Below are positions 55,993 through 64,000 of a DNA stretch of 64,000 bases, one piece after another. The stretch covers positions 567-64,566 of the forward strand of contig CALWUZ010000212.1 in assembly GCA_944384845.1 (NCBI GenBank), read 5' to 3'. The notes beneath the pieces were generated by a model. The model did no database searches. It was not told the origin of the DNA and saw only the letters and a list, made by a program, of their open reading frames with translations. The position numbers and the translations under genes are program-made. This stretch comes from an uncultured Clostridia bacterium (GTDB lineage Bacteria; Bacillota; Clostridia; Oscillospirales; Acutalibacteraceae). Each line of letters opens with the position of its first letter. Position 1 is the first letter of the stretch.

Positions 55993-56266
55993 ATCCGTCC
56001 TCCCGCATTATTGCTTTTTATACATATATTCTTAACTTTTTGCGGTTATTATTATATCATTTCAGTCGCTGTATAAATCGTATATTTGTATAAGATTTTG
56101 GTAAAATACAACTTTTATTAATTTTTCTTTCATTTTTATACATTTTAAAAAATCCATGACTTCAACAAAACTCAGCAATGTTTTTTTCGTGTATTAGGAC
56201 AATAATATAGAATTTTTTATGCAATTAAGGCAAAATACAGAAAAAATTTAAAGTATAAAACTCATA

Positions 56267-56295
56267 TTGTCTTTTTTACTGCACCGTGATATAAT
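56267..56295 (+). promoter_or_regulatory. Candidate extended -10 promoter for the 450-aa AraC-type regulator
   Basis: TTGTCT (56267-56272), 17-nt spacer, TG-a-TATAAT (56287-56295), ~55 nt upstream of the TTG start at 56350. Confidence 0.45.
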
Positions 56296-56349
56296 CAATG
56301 CGGTAAAGCCTTATTTGAAAGCGAAAGGCAAAACGGAGGTTAAAACACC

Positions 56350-57702
56350 TTGAAAACTCTTTTTAATTTTGACAATGTTCCCGATATATATCTTAAAATA
56401 TACAGTGCCCAAATAATCACTTTGACAGACAGAACTGTTTTTACGCCTCGCAAGCATCATCATTTTATAATTTTACTTTCCGGAAATTTATCATTCGAGA
56501 TTTTATATAATGAAGCGTTTTCCTCTAAGCATACCTGCCACAACAGCTATTTGATTTCACTTGAAAATACTTACGATTATTGCTTATCCGCAATTTCTCA
56601 GCAATGCCGGCTTATTTATCTTGAGCTTGACTTTTTTGCGGCTTCGTACGGTAAAGACCCCGACAAATCAAATCTTCCGGAATTTGAATGCAGGTTTGTA
56701 CCGTTTACGGCAATGCTCGGTCAAAACCCTCTTTCATATTACACAGACCGTTTTCCTACCATTGTATCGGATATTCTTCTTATTGAATCCCTGATTGAAC
56801 AGAACGCCTGTACATCAGATATACTGCGCAAAGCACTTGAAAAGATTTTCCTGATGTTTTTAAGCGTTCATCATTCTATAATTAAAAATACGATGAGCTC
56901 CCTTTCCGCTGTCGCCCTGACCAATATATTTAAAATTACTTCCCACCCTTTCAGTCTTTCTTTGAGCGATATTTCCATTTGGTCTGACAATCCCAAGGTA
57001 AATCACGGCGCAGTTCTGCTGATGAAAAACTCTTCGCTGCATAAATATATTGAGCTGCCGCAAAAATCAGATTGCTACAAATACAGCTATATTGATAAAG
57101 ACAGTAAAATGCCGGGCGGATACTGCAATTTTATTCTTTTAGACAAAGAAAATTTCAAGCTGTGGTGTTTCCCGCAGACAAACACCATTTCACTTGAAGA
57201 ATATAAGGAAAAAGCAACCATTACAATGCGCATCAAATGCAGCCAACCCTGCCAGCTGTATCTGCTGATATACTCAATACCCAGTTATCTGAGCTTTTCA
57301 TACACACTGGATATTTCTAAAACGGACACATGGTGCGATATTTCAATACCGGTCATCAGCAACAGCCATTCCAAAACGCTTCCTGCCTTCACAACTAACG
57401 CAATAAATTATATACAAAAGCATTTTGCAGAAAAAATAACCGTAAAAGATATAGCAGAGCATCTTCATATACATCCTTCATATCTCTCCTATATATTTAA
57501 AAAAAGTACAGGGCAGTCAGTTAACAAATATATCAATTTTTACCGCATAACCCTTGCAAAGCAACTGCTTGACAACACTAACGACAGCATTACTTCCATT
57601 GCACTGAAAACCGGTTTTTACGACAGCCAGCATTTTTTAAAAACATTTAAGAAGATTTCAGACATGACACCAAGCGAATACAGAAATCAACGGTCCGACT
57701 GA
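56350..57702 (+). CDS. AraC-family regulator with an enlarged (~340 aa) N-terminal region
   Basis: TTG start with GGAGG ~10 nt upstream. C-terminal AraC HTH (INYIQKHFAEKITVKDIAEHLHIHPSYLSYIFKK...ALKTGFYDSQHFLKTFKKISDMTPSEY). A cupin-like start (HHHFIILLSGNLSFEI) is followed by ~230 aa that I cannot assign. Confidence 0.8.
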   Translation: MKTLFNFDNVPDIYLKIYSAQIITLTDRTVFTPRKHHHFIILLSGNLSFEILYNEAFSSKHTCHNSYLISLENTYDYCLSAISQQCRLIYLELDFFAASYGKDPDKSNLPEFECRFVPFTAMLGQNPLSYYTDRFPTIVSDILLIESLIEQNACTSDILRKALEKIFLMFLSVHHSIIKNTMSSLSAVALTNIFKITSHPFSLSLSDISIWSDNPKVNHGAVLLMKNSSLHKYIELPQKSDCYKYSYIDKDSKMPGGYCNFILLDKENFKLWCFPQTNTISLEEYKEKATITMRIKCSQPCQLYLLIYSIPSYLSFSYTLDISKTDTWCDISIPVISNSHSKTLPAFTTNAINYIQKHFAEKITVKDIAEHLHIHPSYLSYIFKKSTGQSVNKYINFYRITLAKQLLDNTNDSITSIALKTGFYDSQHFLKTFKKISDMTPSEYRNQRSD

Positions 57703-57891
57703 CCGCAGGATTTATTTTGCATACGGCTAAGCTCCGAATATAAACGGAACAGAAAATGGAAATTAGTCGAGGTAAAAAGTGCAGACGGCGAACATATTGA
57801 AATAACGCTTTAAGCAAAATATCCGCCTTTACGTCTTAAAACGCCGAAAACAGGCATAATAATATAAACAAACCGAAAAGCAGAGGCAAAT

Positions 57892-58410
57892 ATGAAACTC
57901 ATTTTAAGTGACAGACCCCTTAAGCTCAGCGCCGCAGAAGCAGACGGCGTAAAATATTTTGATTTGTCGGAGCTGAAAATAGCCGGCTGCACCGGCTGCT
58001 TCGGCTGCTGGACAAAAACGCCCGGACGCTGCGTTATCCGCGACGATGCCGTAAACGTATATCCCGCTATAGCCGAAAGCAGCTGCGTGCTTTACATCAG
58101 CCGGATAAAATACGGCGGATACGATACGGTTATGAAAACCCTGCTTGAGCGCGCAATTCCCATTCAGACGGCGTTTATACGCCTGCTTGACGGCGAAACG
58201 CACCACTATCAGCGCGCGGTCGCTCCCAAAAAAGCGCACGTCATCGCTTACGGTGATAATATATGCGCTGATGAAAAAGCGGTTTTCAGCCGTCTGGTCG
58301 CACGCAACGCTAAAAATATGAATTTTGAAAGCTATAGGATAATATTCACAGAGGAAAGCGGAATTGAATCCGCAGCGGAGGAAGTGCTGAAAAAATGGCG
58401 GAAATACTGA
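57892..58410 (+). CDS. Flavodoxin-fold protein with compact C-x2-C-x2-C-x7-C motif
   Basis: IAGCTGCFGCWTKTPGRCV resembles the iron-sulfur flavoprotein-type cysteine cluster. The N-terminal loop reads LSDRP instead of the usual G/A-S-P-R. Confidence 0.55.
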   Translation: MKLILSDRPLKLSAAEADGVKYFDLSELKIAGCTGCFGCWTKTPGRCVIRDDAVNVYPAIAESSCVLYISRIKYGGYDTVMKTLLERAIPIQTAFIRLLDGETHHYQRAVAPKKAHVIAYGDNICADEKAVFSRLVARNAKNMNFESYRIIFTEESGIESAAEEVLKKWRKY

Positions 58411-59003
58411 TATTTAACGCAAGCCCCAGGGCACCGAGGTCAAATTCAAGGCTCTATGCCGAGATTTTCACTAAGGTCTGCCGGATTAAAACCGAATACT
58501 TTAACATCACAAAAACCAACCATATAGAACTCTGCGGCAAGGTAAACGGTTTTTCGGATCTTCTGTTCGTTTTTCCGCTTTATGCCGACGGCATACCGGC
58601 AACGCTGCTTAACTTTCTTAAATCGCTTGAGACAAATCCTCCCGGCGAAAAACCGGTAATTTCGGTTTTGGTGAACTGCGGCTTTCTTGAGCCCTCACAG
58701 AATGACACGGCGGTGGAAATGATCCGTCTTTTCTGCCGTCAAAACGGATACCGATTCGGCTCGGCACTTGAAATAGGCGGCGGCGAAGCTCTGCCGGCGA
58801 CACCGTTCATGCGTCTGACCGCACGGAAAATTAAAAAGCTTGCCGAATGTATCACCGCCGGAAAGCACCGCATATTGCATACAACAATGCCGCTGCCGAA
58901 AAGGCTTTTTGTAAAAGCGTCGGTATCTTACTGGGTAAATTACGGCAAAAAATCCGGCATTTCCGAGGAGGAAATGCGCACCCTCCGCATAGAGGGAAAA
59001 TAA
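58395..59003 (+). CDS. Flavodoxin-like / NAD(P)H-dependent FMN reductase-like protein
   Basis: N-terminal ILIFNASPRAPRSNS (phosphate-binding loop pattern) and LFVFPLYADGIP. Overlaps the upstream gene by 16 nt. Confidence 0.55.
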   Translation: MAEILIFNASPRAPRSNSRLYAEIFTKVCRIKTEYFNITKTNHIELCGKVNGFSDLLFVFPLYADGIPATLLNFLKSLETNPPGEKPVISVLVNCGFLEPSQNDTAVEMIRLFCRQNGYRFGSALEIGGGEALPATPFMRLTARKIKKLAECITAGKHRILHTTMPLPKRLFVKASVSYWVNYGKKSGISEEEMRTLRIEGK

Positions 59004-59092
59004 CCCCTCTGCAAGAGGATACCGTCTTGTAAACAGCGGAAGGATATGATATTATCAGACTGCCGGCAGGCTTGCTTTAGGGGGAATAAAAT

Positions 59093-60463
59093 ATGCGGAT
59101 AGTAAGAAGAGCTTTAAACTGTATTCTGACTGTTTTGTGCGCCAATGCGGCGGCGCTGTGCGTTCTGATATGGAACGGCTCCGCTTTTTTTCCCGCTGCG
59201 GCGGGAATTTTGCTTATTATATTTTTTATTGCTATGCTGTGCCGTCCGCAGCGTAAACAGACGTCACCAAAAGGGCTTCAAATATTATCGGACGGGTATG
59301 AGCTGCTGCTTGTTTTTCTTATCAGCGTAACGGTAACTGCCGTGTTTCAGCTTTACTTTACATATACAGAGCTGGGTATGATGCTTCCGTGGAACGGAGC
59401 AGATTCGGCGGTAATCCTTGGGCTGCTCGCGTGCTCAATCGCTGCGGCGGTGATTTTTGAGGCTCTGGTTTTCTGGTGCGGCATAATCAGGCTATATATC
59501 ACTTCGGTACAGCTCGGCATAAAGCATCGCGTGCTCGGTATCCTTTTCGGCTGGATACCGGTGCTTAATATTTATTATCTTATAAAAATAATGCGCACAG
59601 TCAAAAGGGAAATCGATACCGAAAGCGAAAAAATCTGCCTGAACGCGGTACGCAAAGAAAATTTTGACTGTGCTACGCGCTATCCTATTTTACTGGTGCA
59701 CGGCGTTTTTTTCAGAGACTGCCGTTATTTTAACTACTGGGGCAGAATAAGCGCCGAGCTGAAGCGGAACGGCGCCGAAATATATTACGGCAATCAGCAA
59801 TCGGCAGCGTCGGTGGAGGAATGCGGCAGGGAGCTCGCCGATCGTATTTCGGAAATAATAAAGGAAACGGGATGTAAAAAGGTAAATATAATCGCTCACT
59901 CAAAGGGCGGTCTTGACAGCCGTGCGGCGATATCTCATTTTGGAGCGGCGCCCTTTGCCGCAAGCCTTACAACCGTCAACACTCCCCATCGCGGCTGTAT
60001 TTTTGCTGACTATCTGCTTGAAAAAATACCCGAAAAAATCAAGCTGAGCGTTTCCCGAACCTATAACGCCGCGCTCAGAAGGCTCGGAGATAAAAATCCG
60101 GATTTTCTTGCCGCAGTCTCGGATCTTACCGCCTCGGTCTGCGCGGAGCGGAACAAGGATACGCCCGACGCAGCCGGTGTGTTTTATCAAAGCGTTATGT
60201 CCTGCTGCAAAAAAGCGAGGAGCGGTAAATTTCCTCTTAATCTAAGCTATCCGCTCGTACAGCACTTCGACGGAGAAAACGACGGTCTTGTCTCGGTCGA
60301 TTCCGCCGAATGGGGTGAGAAATTTACTCTTATAAGACCTTCCGGCAAAAGAGGAGTTTCTCACGGCGATATGATAGATCTTAACAGAGAAAATATACCC
60401 GGTTTTGACGTGCGGGAATTTTACGTATCGCTGGTCAGGGACCTTAAAGACCGCGGTTTTTAA
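59093..60463 (+). CDS. Membrane-anchored alpha/beta-hydrolase (lipase/esterase-like)
   Basis: The N-terminal ~170 aa has 4-5 hydrophobic spans. The C-terminal domain has ILLVHGVFF (oxyanion region) and IIAHSKGGLD (G/A-x-S-x-G nucleophile elbow). Confidence 0.65.
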   Translation: MRIVRRALNCILTVLCANAAALCVLIWNGSAFFPAAAGILLIIFFIAMLCRPQRKQTSPKGLQILSDGYELLLVFLISVTVTAVFQLYFTYTELGMMLPWNGADSAVILGLLACSIAAAVIFEALVFWCGIIRLYITSVQLGIKHRVLGILFGWIPVLNIYYLIKIMRTVKREIDTESEKICLNAVRKENFDCATRYPILLVHGVFFRDCRYFNYWGRISAELKRNGAEIYYGNQQSAASVEECGRELADRISEIIKETGCKKVNIIAHSKGGLDSRAAISHFGAAPFAASLTTVNTPHRGCIFADYLLEKIPEKIKLSVSRTYNAALRRLGDKNPDFLAAVSDLTASVCAERNKDTPDAAGVFYQSVMSCCKKARSGKFPLNLSYPLVQHFDGENDGLVSVDSAEWGEKFTLIRPSGKRGVSHGDMIDLNRENIPGFDVREFYVSLVRDLKDRGF

Positions 60464-60530
60464 ACGCCTGCCCGCATAGCTATACAAAACCGCCGCTTAT
60501 GATACTCCGCGGTTTTGAAACGGGAATATA

Positions 60531-60558
60531 TTGACAATTTTTTTCTTTATATTATAAT
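60531..60558 (+). promoter_or_regulatory. Sigma-A-type promoter upstream of the ABC exporter pair
   Basis: TTGACA (60531-60536), 16-nt spacer, TATAAT (60553-60558), ~100 nt upstream of the start at 60658. Confidence 0.55.
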
Positions 60559-60657
60559 TGATAGTGCCGCAGTTCTGATCTTTTTCCCGTAATAAAGACG
60601 GTTTTGCGGTATTCTTTTATGTTATTAAATTTTTCCGGGGCAAAGGGAGGATAAAAA

Positions 60658-62409
60658 TTGCACAACCTTAAACGTCTGCTGAAATATCTGGGACCGTATC
60701 GGAAAGACCTGATTATCGGCGCGCTGATGGTGATGATAGAAACCGGCTTTGAGCTGGTTATCCCGATACTTATGGCGGACCTTATAGACACAGGCGTAAA
60801 AAATCACGATATGACATATATACTTCATAAGGGCGTGCAGATGGGAATATGCGCACTGCTGGCGCTGGTTACCGGTCTTTTGTACGCAAGGTTTGCCGCG
60901 CGGGCGGCATACGGCTGGGGCGCGCGTATAAGAGAGGCGCAGTATGAAAGGGTTCAGGATTACGCCTTTTCAAATTTAGACCGCTTTGAAACCTCCTCGC
61001 TTATAACCCGCATGACCACCGACGTCACCGTTCTGCAAAACGCCGTCAGCGGCGGCTTCCGCCCGATGGTGCGCGGACCGTTCATGCTGATTCTGGGCAT
61101 CGCTCTGTCCTTTGTGATGAATCCGGCGCTTGCGCTGATTTTTCTGTTCTGCGCTCCGGTTCTGGGGGCAGTGCTTTTCTTTATCGTGCGCAAAACCGCG
61201 CCGATGTACGGCAGGCTGCAAGGAGCGGTCGACCGTCTCAACGGCACCGTGCAGGAGGGACTTGCCGCGATAAGGGCGGTAAAAGCGTTCGTGCGCGGTG
61301 AATATGAGGAGGAAAAATTCGATAAGGTAAACCGCGAGCTTACCGACGCCGGCCGCAGAACCTTCCGCTACTCGGTGCTGAACCTGCCCGCGTTTCAGTT
61401 TATTCTTTACGCGGCGGTCATATTTATTATGTGGTTCGGCGGAGGCATGATTATCGATTCCGCGCTTGAGGTGGGGGATCTTACAGGCTTTTTAAGCTAT
61501 GTTTTTCAGATTATGAACTCTATGATGATGATTTCAAACGTTTTTCTGCTGCTGACCCGCTCCCTTGCCAGCGCCGGGCGCATTTCGGAGGTGCTGGATG
61601 AGGAAATCGCCCTTTCCCCGCCCGAAAGCGGGATAAAGGAGATTTCAGACGGCAGCATATCCTTTAAAAATGTTTCCTTCAAATATAACTCATCGGCGGA
61701 GGAATACGCCCTGTCTGACGTTACGCTTGATATTAAGGCGGGTCAGACCGTGGGGATTCTCGGCGGCACCGGCTCCGCCAAAAGCTCGCTTGTGCAGCTT
61801 ATTCCCCGGCTTTACGACGTTACCGAAGGCTCTGTTGAGGTCGGCGGCGTCGATGTGCGGAAATACGACCTTGCCGCTTTGCGCGACGCCGTCGGAATAG
61901 TGCTTCAGAAGAATGTGCTCTTTTCGGGCACGGTCAGGGAAAACCTGCTTTGGGGCAATCCAGCGGCTGACGACGATACGCTGTGGGAGGTCTGCCGCGC
62001 GGTCTGCGCCGACGAGTTTTTAAAGCGTATGCCGGGCGGGCTGGACACCGCTCTCGGTCAGGGAGGGGTAAATCTCTCGGGAGGTCAGAAGCAGCGGCTC
62101 TGCATTGCAAGAGCGCTTCTCAAGCGCCCGAAGATCCTGATTTTTGACGATTCCACCAGCGCGGTTGACACCGCGACCGAGCGGGAAATCCGCAAATCAC
62201 TGGCGGCGCTGAGCGGAGTCACCAAAATCATCATCGCCCAAAGAATTGCCTCGGTAATTGAGACCGACCGGATCGTAATAATGGAGGACGGCAGGGTTCA
62301 CGCCGCCGGAACCCACGCGCAGTTGCTTGAAAGCGATCCCATCTATCAGGAAATTTACGACTCTCAGATGAAAAGGGGGGATTCCGATGGCGGGTCAGCC
62401 GAGCTCTAA
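60658..62409 (+). CDS. ABC exporter, fused permease/ATP-binding protein (multidrug/lipid-type)
   Basis: TTG start after GGGAGG. Six-TM N-terminal domain. Walker A GGTGSAKSS, signature LSGGQKQRL, Walker B ILIFDDSTSAVD. Confidence 0.85.
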   Translation: MHNLKRLLKYLGPYRKDLIIGALMVMIETGFELVIPILMADLIDTGVKNHDMTYILHKGVQMGICALLALVTGLLYARFAARAAYGWGARIREAQYERVQDYAFSNLDRFETSSLITRMTTDVTVLQNAVSGGFRPMVRGPFMLILGIALSFVMNPALALIFLFCAPVLGAVLFFIVRKTAPMYGRLQGAVDRLNGTVQEGLAAIRAVKAFVRGEYEEEKFDKVNRELTDAGRRTFRYSVLNLPAFQFILYAAVIFIMWFGGGMIIDSALEVGDLTGFLSYVFQIMNSMMMISNVFLLLTRSLASAGRISEVLDEEIALSPPESGIKEISDGSISFKNVSFKYNSSAEEYALSDVTLDIKAGQTVGILGGTGSAKSSLVQLIPRLYDVTEGSVEVGGVDVRKYDLAALRDAVGIVLQKNVLFSGTVRENLLWGNPAADDDTLWEVCRAVCADEFLKRMPGGLDTALGQGGVNLSGGQKQRLCIARALLKRPKILIFDDSTSAVDTATEREIRKSLAALSGVTKIIIAQRIASVIETDRIVIMEDGRVHAAGTHAQLLESDPIYQEIYDSQMKRGDSDGGSAEL

Positions 62410-64000
62410 CAAGCCTAAAAATCTCCTTCACACCCTGCGGCGCCTTATGTCGTATCTGGGACGTCACCGGACTCTTCTTCTGACCGCGGCGGTTCTGGTC
62501 GCCGTAAGCTCGGCGGCAAGCCTTGCAGGCAACTATATGATACGCCCGGTTGTAAACGACCTTACCTCCGGCAGAGAAGAAAGGCTCATATACGGCGTTG
62601 CTTTAACTGCTCTTATATACCTTTTGGGAGTAATCACCGCCTTCGGCTACACTCAGATAACGGTCAACGCGGCGCAGAAGGTGCTGTTTGACATACGGCG
62701 GGATCTTTTTTCACATATTCAGACCCTTCCCCTGCGCTTTTTTGACAGCCGCCGCCACGGCGACATTATGAGCTATTTTACAAACGACACAGATACCATC
62801 TCGGACGCTCTCAACAACAGCTTCGCTATGGTAATACAAAGCTTTATTCAAATGGCGGGGACGCTTGTTATTCTGTTCATACTCAACTGGCGGCTTTCGC
62901 TTATAGTTACGGTCTGCTATGCCGCTATGTTTCTTTACATCCGCTTCAGCGGAAAGAAAAGCAAGGCATACTACACCCAGCAGCAGGCAAGCCTCGGCGA
63001 GCTTGACGGCTATATTGAGGAAATGGTAAACGGTCAGAAGGTAGTCAAGGTTTTCAATCACGAGGGCGCCAGCCTTGACGCCTTCCGTGCGAAAAACGAA
63101 GATTTGCGGCGCGCCGGAACGGGAGCGCAGGCGTTTGCGGCAACTATGATTCCTGCGGTGGTCAGCATCTCATATGTAAATTATGCGATAGTCGCTGTGC
63201 TCGGCGGAATTATGGCGATGAACGGGAGCACCGATATCGGCAGCCTTGCCAGCTATCTTGTGTTTGTCCGTCAGGCGGCGGCGCCCATAAATCAGTTTAC
63301 ACAGCAGAGCAATTTCCTGCTTTCGGCGCTTGCCGGCGCCGAGAGGGTCTTCGAGGTCATGGATCTGCCGCCCGAAACTGACGAGGGAAAAGTGAGCCTT
63401 GCCGAAAAGCCTGCGGCGGACGGGGCTAGGCAGTGGGTGTGGCAGAAGCCTGACGGTAGCTGTGTTCCTCTGCGCGGCGACGTAAGATTCAAGAGCGTGG
63501 ACTTCGGCTATGACCAAGACCGCCCTATTCTTAAAAACATCAGCCTTTACGCTAAGCCGGGGCAGAAAATCGCGTTTGTCGGCTCAACCGGAGCAGGCAA
63601 AACCACCGTTACAAATCTTATCAACCGTTTTTACGAGGTGCAGGGCGGAAGCGTTGTTTACGACGGCTTTGACGTAAGGGACATAAAAAAGGAGTCCCTT
63701 CGCCGTTCGCTCGGAATCGTGCTTCAGGACACTCATCTGTTCACCGGCACAATAGCCGAAAACATCCGCTTCGGAAAGCTTGACGCCACCTTTGAAGAAA
63801 TCAGAGCCGCCGCGCGTATAGCCAACGCGGATTCCTTTATACGGCGGCTTCCCAAGTGCTATGACACGGTTATAACCTCCGACGGAGCCAGTCTTTCTCA
63901 GGGACAGCGGCAGCTGCTTGCCATAGCGCGCGCCGCCGTCGCGGATCCGCCGGTGCTGATTCTCGACGAAGCGACCTCCTCCATCGATACCCGCACCGAA
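62387..64000 (+). CDS. Second ABC exporter permease/ATP-binding fusion, 3' end beyond the window
   Basis: Not in the ORF track because it has no stop in the window. ATG at 62387 after GGGGGG overlaps the upstream gene. MAGQPSSNKPKNLLHTLRRLMSYLGRH... then a TM domain. Walker A GSTGAGKTT (~63585), LSQGQRQLLA and LILDEATS near the window end. Confidence 0.8.
   Translation, partial: MAGQPSSNKPKNLLHTLRRLMSYLGRHRTLLLTAAVLVAVSSAASLAGNYMIRPVVNDLTSGREERLIYGVALTALIYLLGVITAFGYTQITVNAAQKVLFDIRRDLFSHIQTLPLRFFDSRRHGDIMSYFTNDTDTISDALNNSFAMVIQSFIQMAGTLVILFILNWRLSLIVTVCYAAMFLYIRFSGKKSKAYYTQQQASLGELDGYIEEMVNGQKVVKVFNHEGASLDAFRAKNEDLRRAGTGAQAFAATMIPAVVSISYVNYAIVAVLGGIMAMNGSTDIGSLASYLVFVRQAAAPINQFTQQSNFLLSALAGAERVFEVMDLPPETDEGKVSLAEKPAADGARQWVWQKPDGSCVPLRGDVRFKSVDFGYDQDRPILKNISLYAKPGQKIAFVGSTGAGKTTVTNLINRFYEVQGGSVVYDGFDVRDIKKESLRRSLGIVLQDTHLFTGTIAENIRFGKLDATFEEIRAAARIANADSFIRRLPKCYDTVITSDGASLSQGQRQLLAIARAAVADPPVLILDEATSSIDTRTE

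Noticed and set aside
60960-61247. Minus-strand ORFs of 60-116 aa inside the GC-rich flavodoxin, lipase and ABC exporter genes (57904-58239, 58618-58880, 59690-60190, 60960-61247, 62231-62467, 62711-63061, 63170-63517)
   Set aside because: These are antisense to well-supported genes. The translations are Arg/Pro/Ala-rich as expected for antisense frames in GC-rich coding DNA, and there are no start contexts.

Overview
This window is almost entirely a carbohydrate-utilisation region of a Gram-positive anaerobe. Lipobox lipoproteins, one LPXTG sortase substrate, three dockerin modules and GGAGG-type RBSs point to Clostridia. A cellulosome-type Ruminococcus-like host is my inference, not a search result.

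Genes at 1.8-25.7 kb and 33.9-56.0 kb form two long minus-strand gene trains. Each is paired with a divergently oriented AraC-family regulator, and each is built from the same parts:
- large multi-module surface proteins;
- a lipoprotein SBP plus 2 permeases;
- three paralogs of one glycoside-hydrolase family in three predicted locations (surface, lipoprotein, cytoplasmic): GH16 in train 1, GH5 in train 2;
- a conserved five-gene cassette: a ~930-aa SBP with N-terminal beta-sandwich domains, 2 permeases, a signal-peptide/NHL-propeller protein fused to a C-terminal Yip1-type polytopic membrane domain, and a ~840-aa DUF5696-like exported protein.

That cassette, present twice in diverged form, is the most interesting uncharacterised system here.

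Between the trains lie a cytoplasmic cluster (GH20-like, TIM-barrel-like, SIS, atypical Gfo/Idh/MocA-like) with its own AraC regulator, and a dockerin-only mini-protein.

Other notable points:
- a 1220-codon surface-protein frame is interrupted by one in-frame TAG that sits inside a 9-bp tandem duplication;
- a ~200-aa unassigned module occurs five times in three adjacent surface proteins;
- there is no ABC ATPase gene for four importer permease pairs.

The last ~6 kb is on the plus strand and visibly more GC-rich. It encodes two flavodoxin-like proteins, a membrane-anchored lipase-like hydrolase and two fused ABC exporter genes, the second cut by the window end.

I saw no rRNA, tRNA, CRISPR array or intact mobile element.
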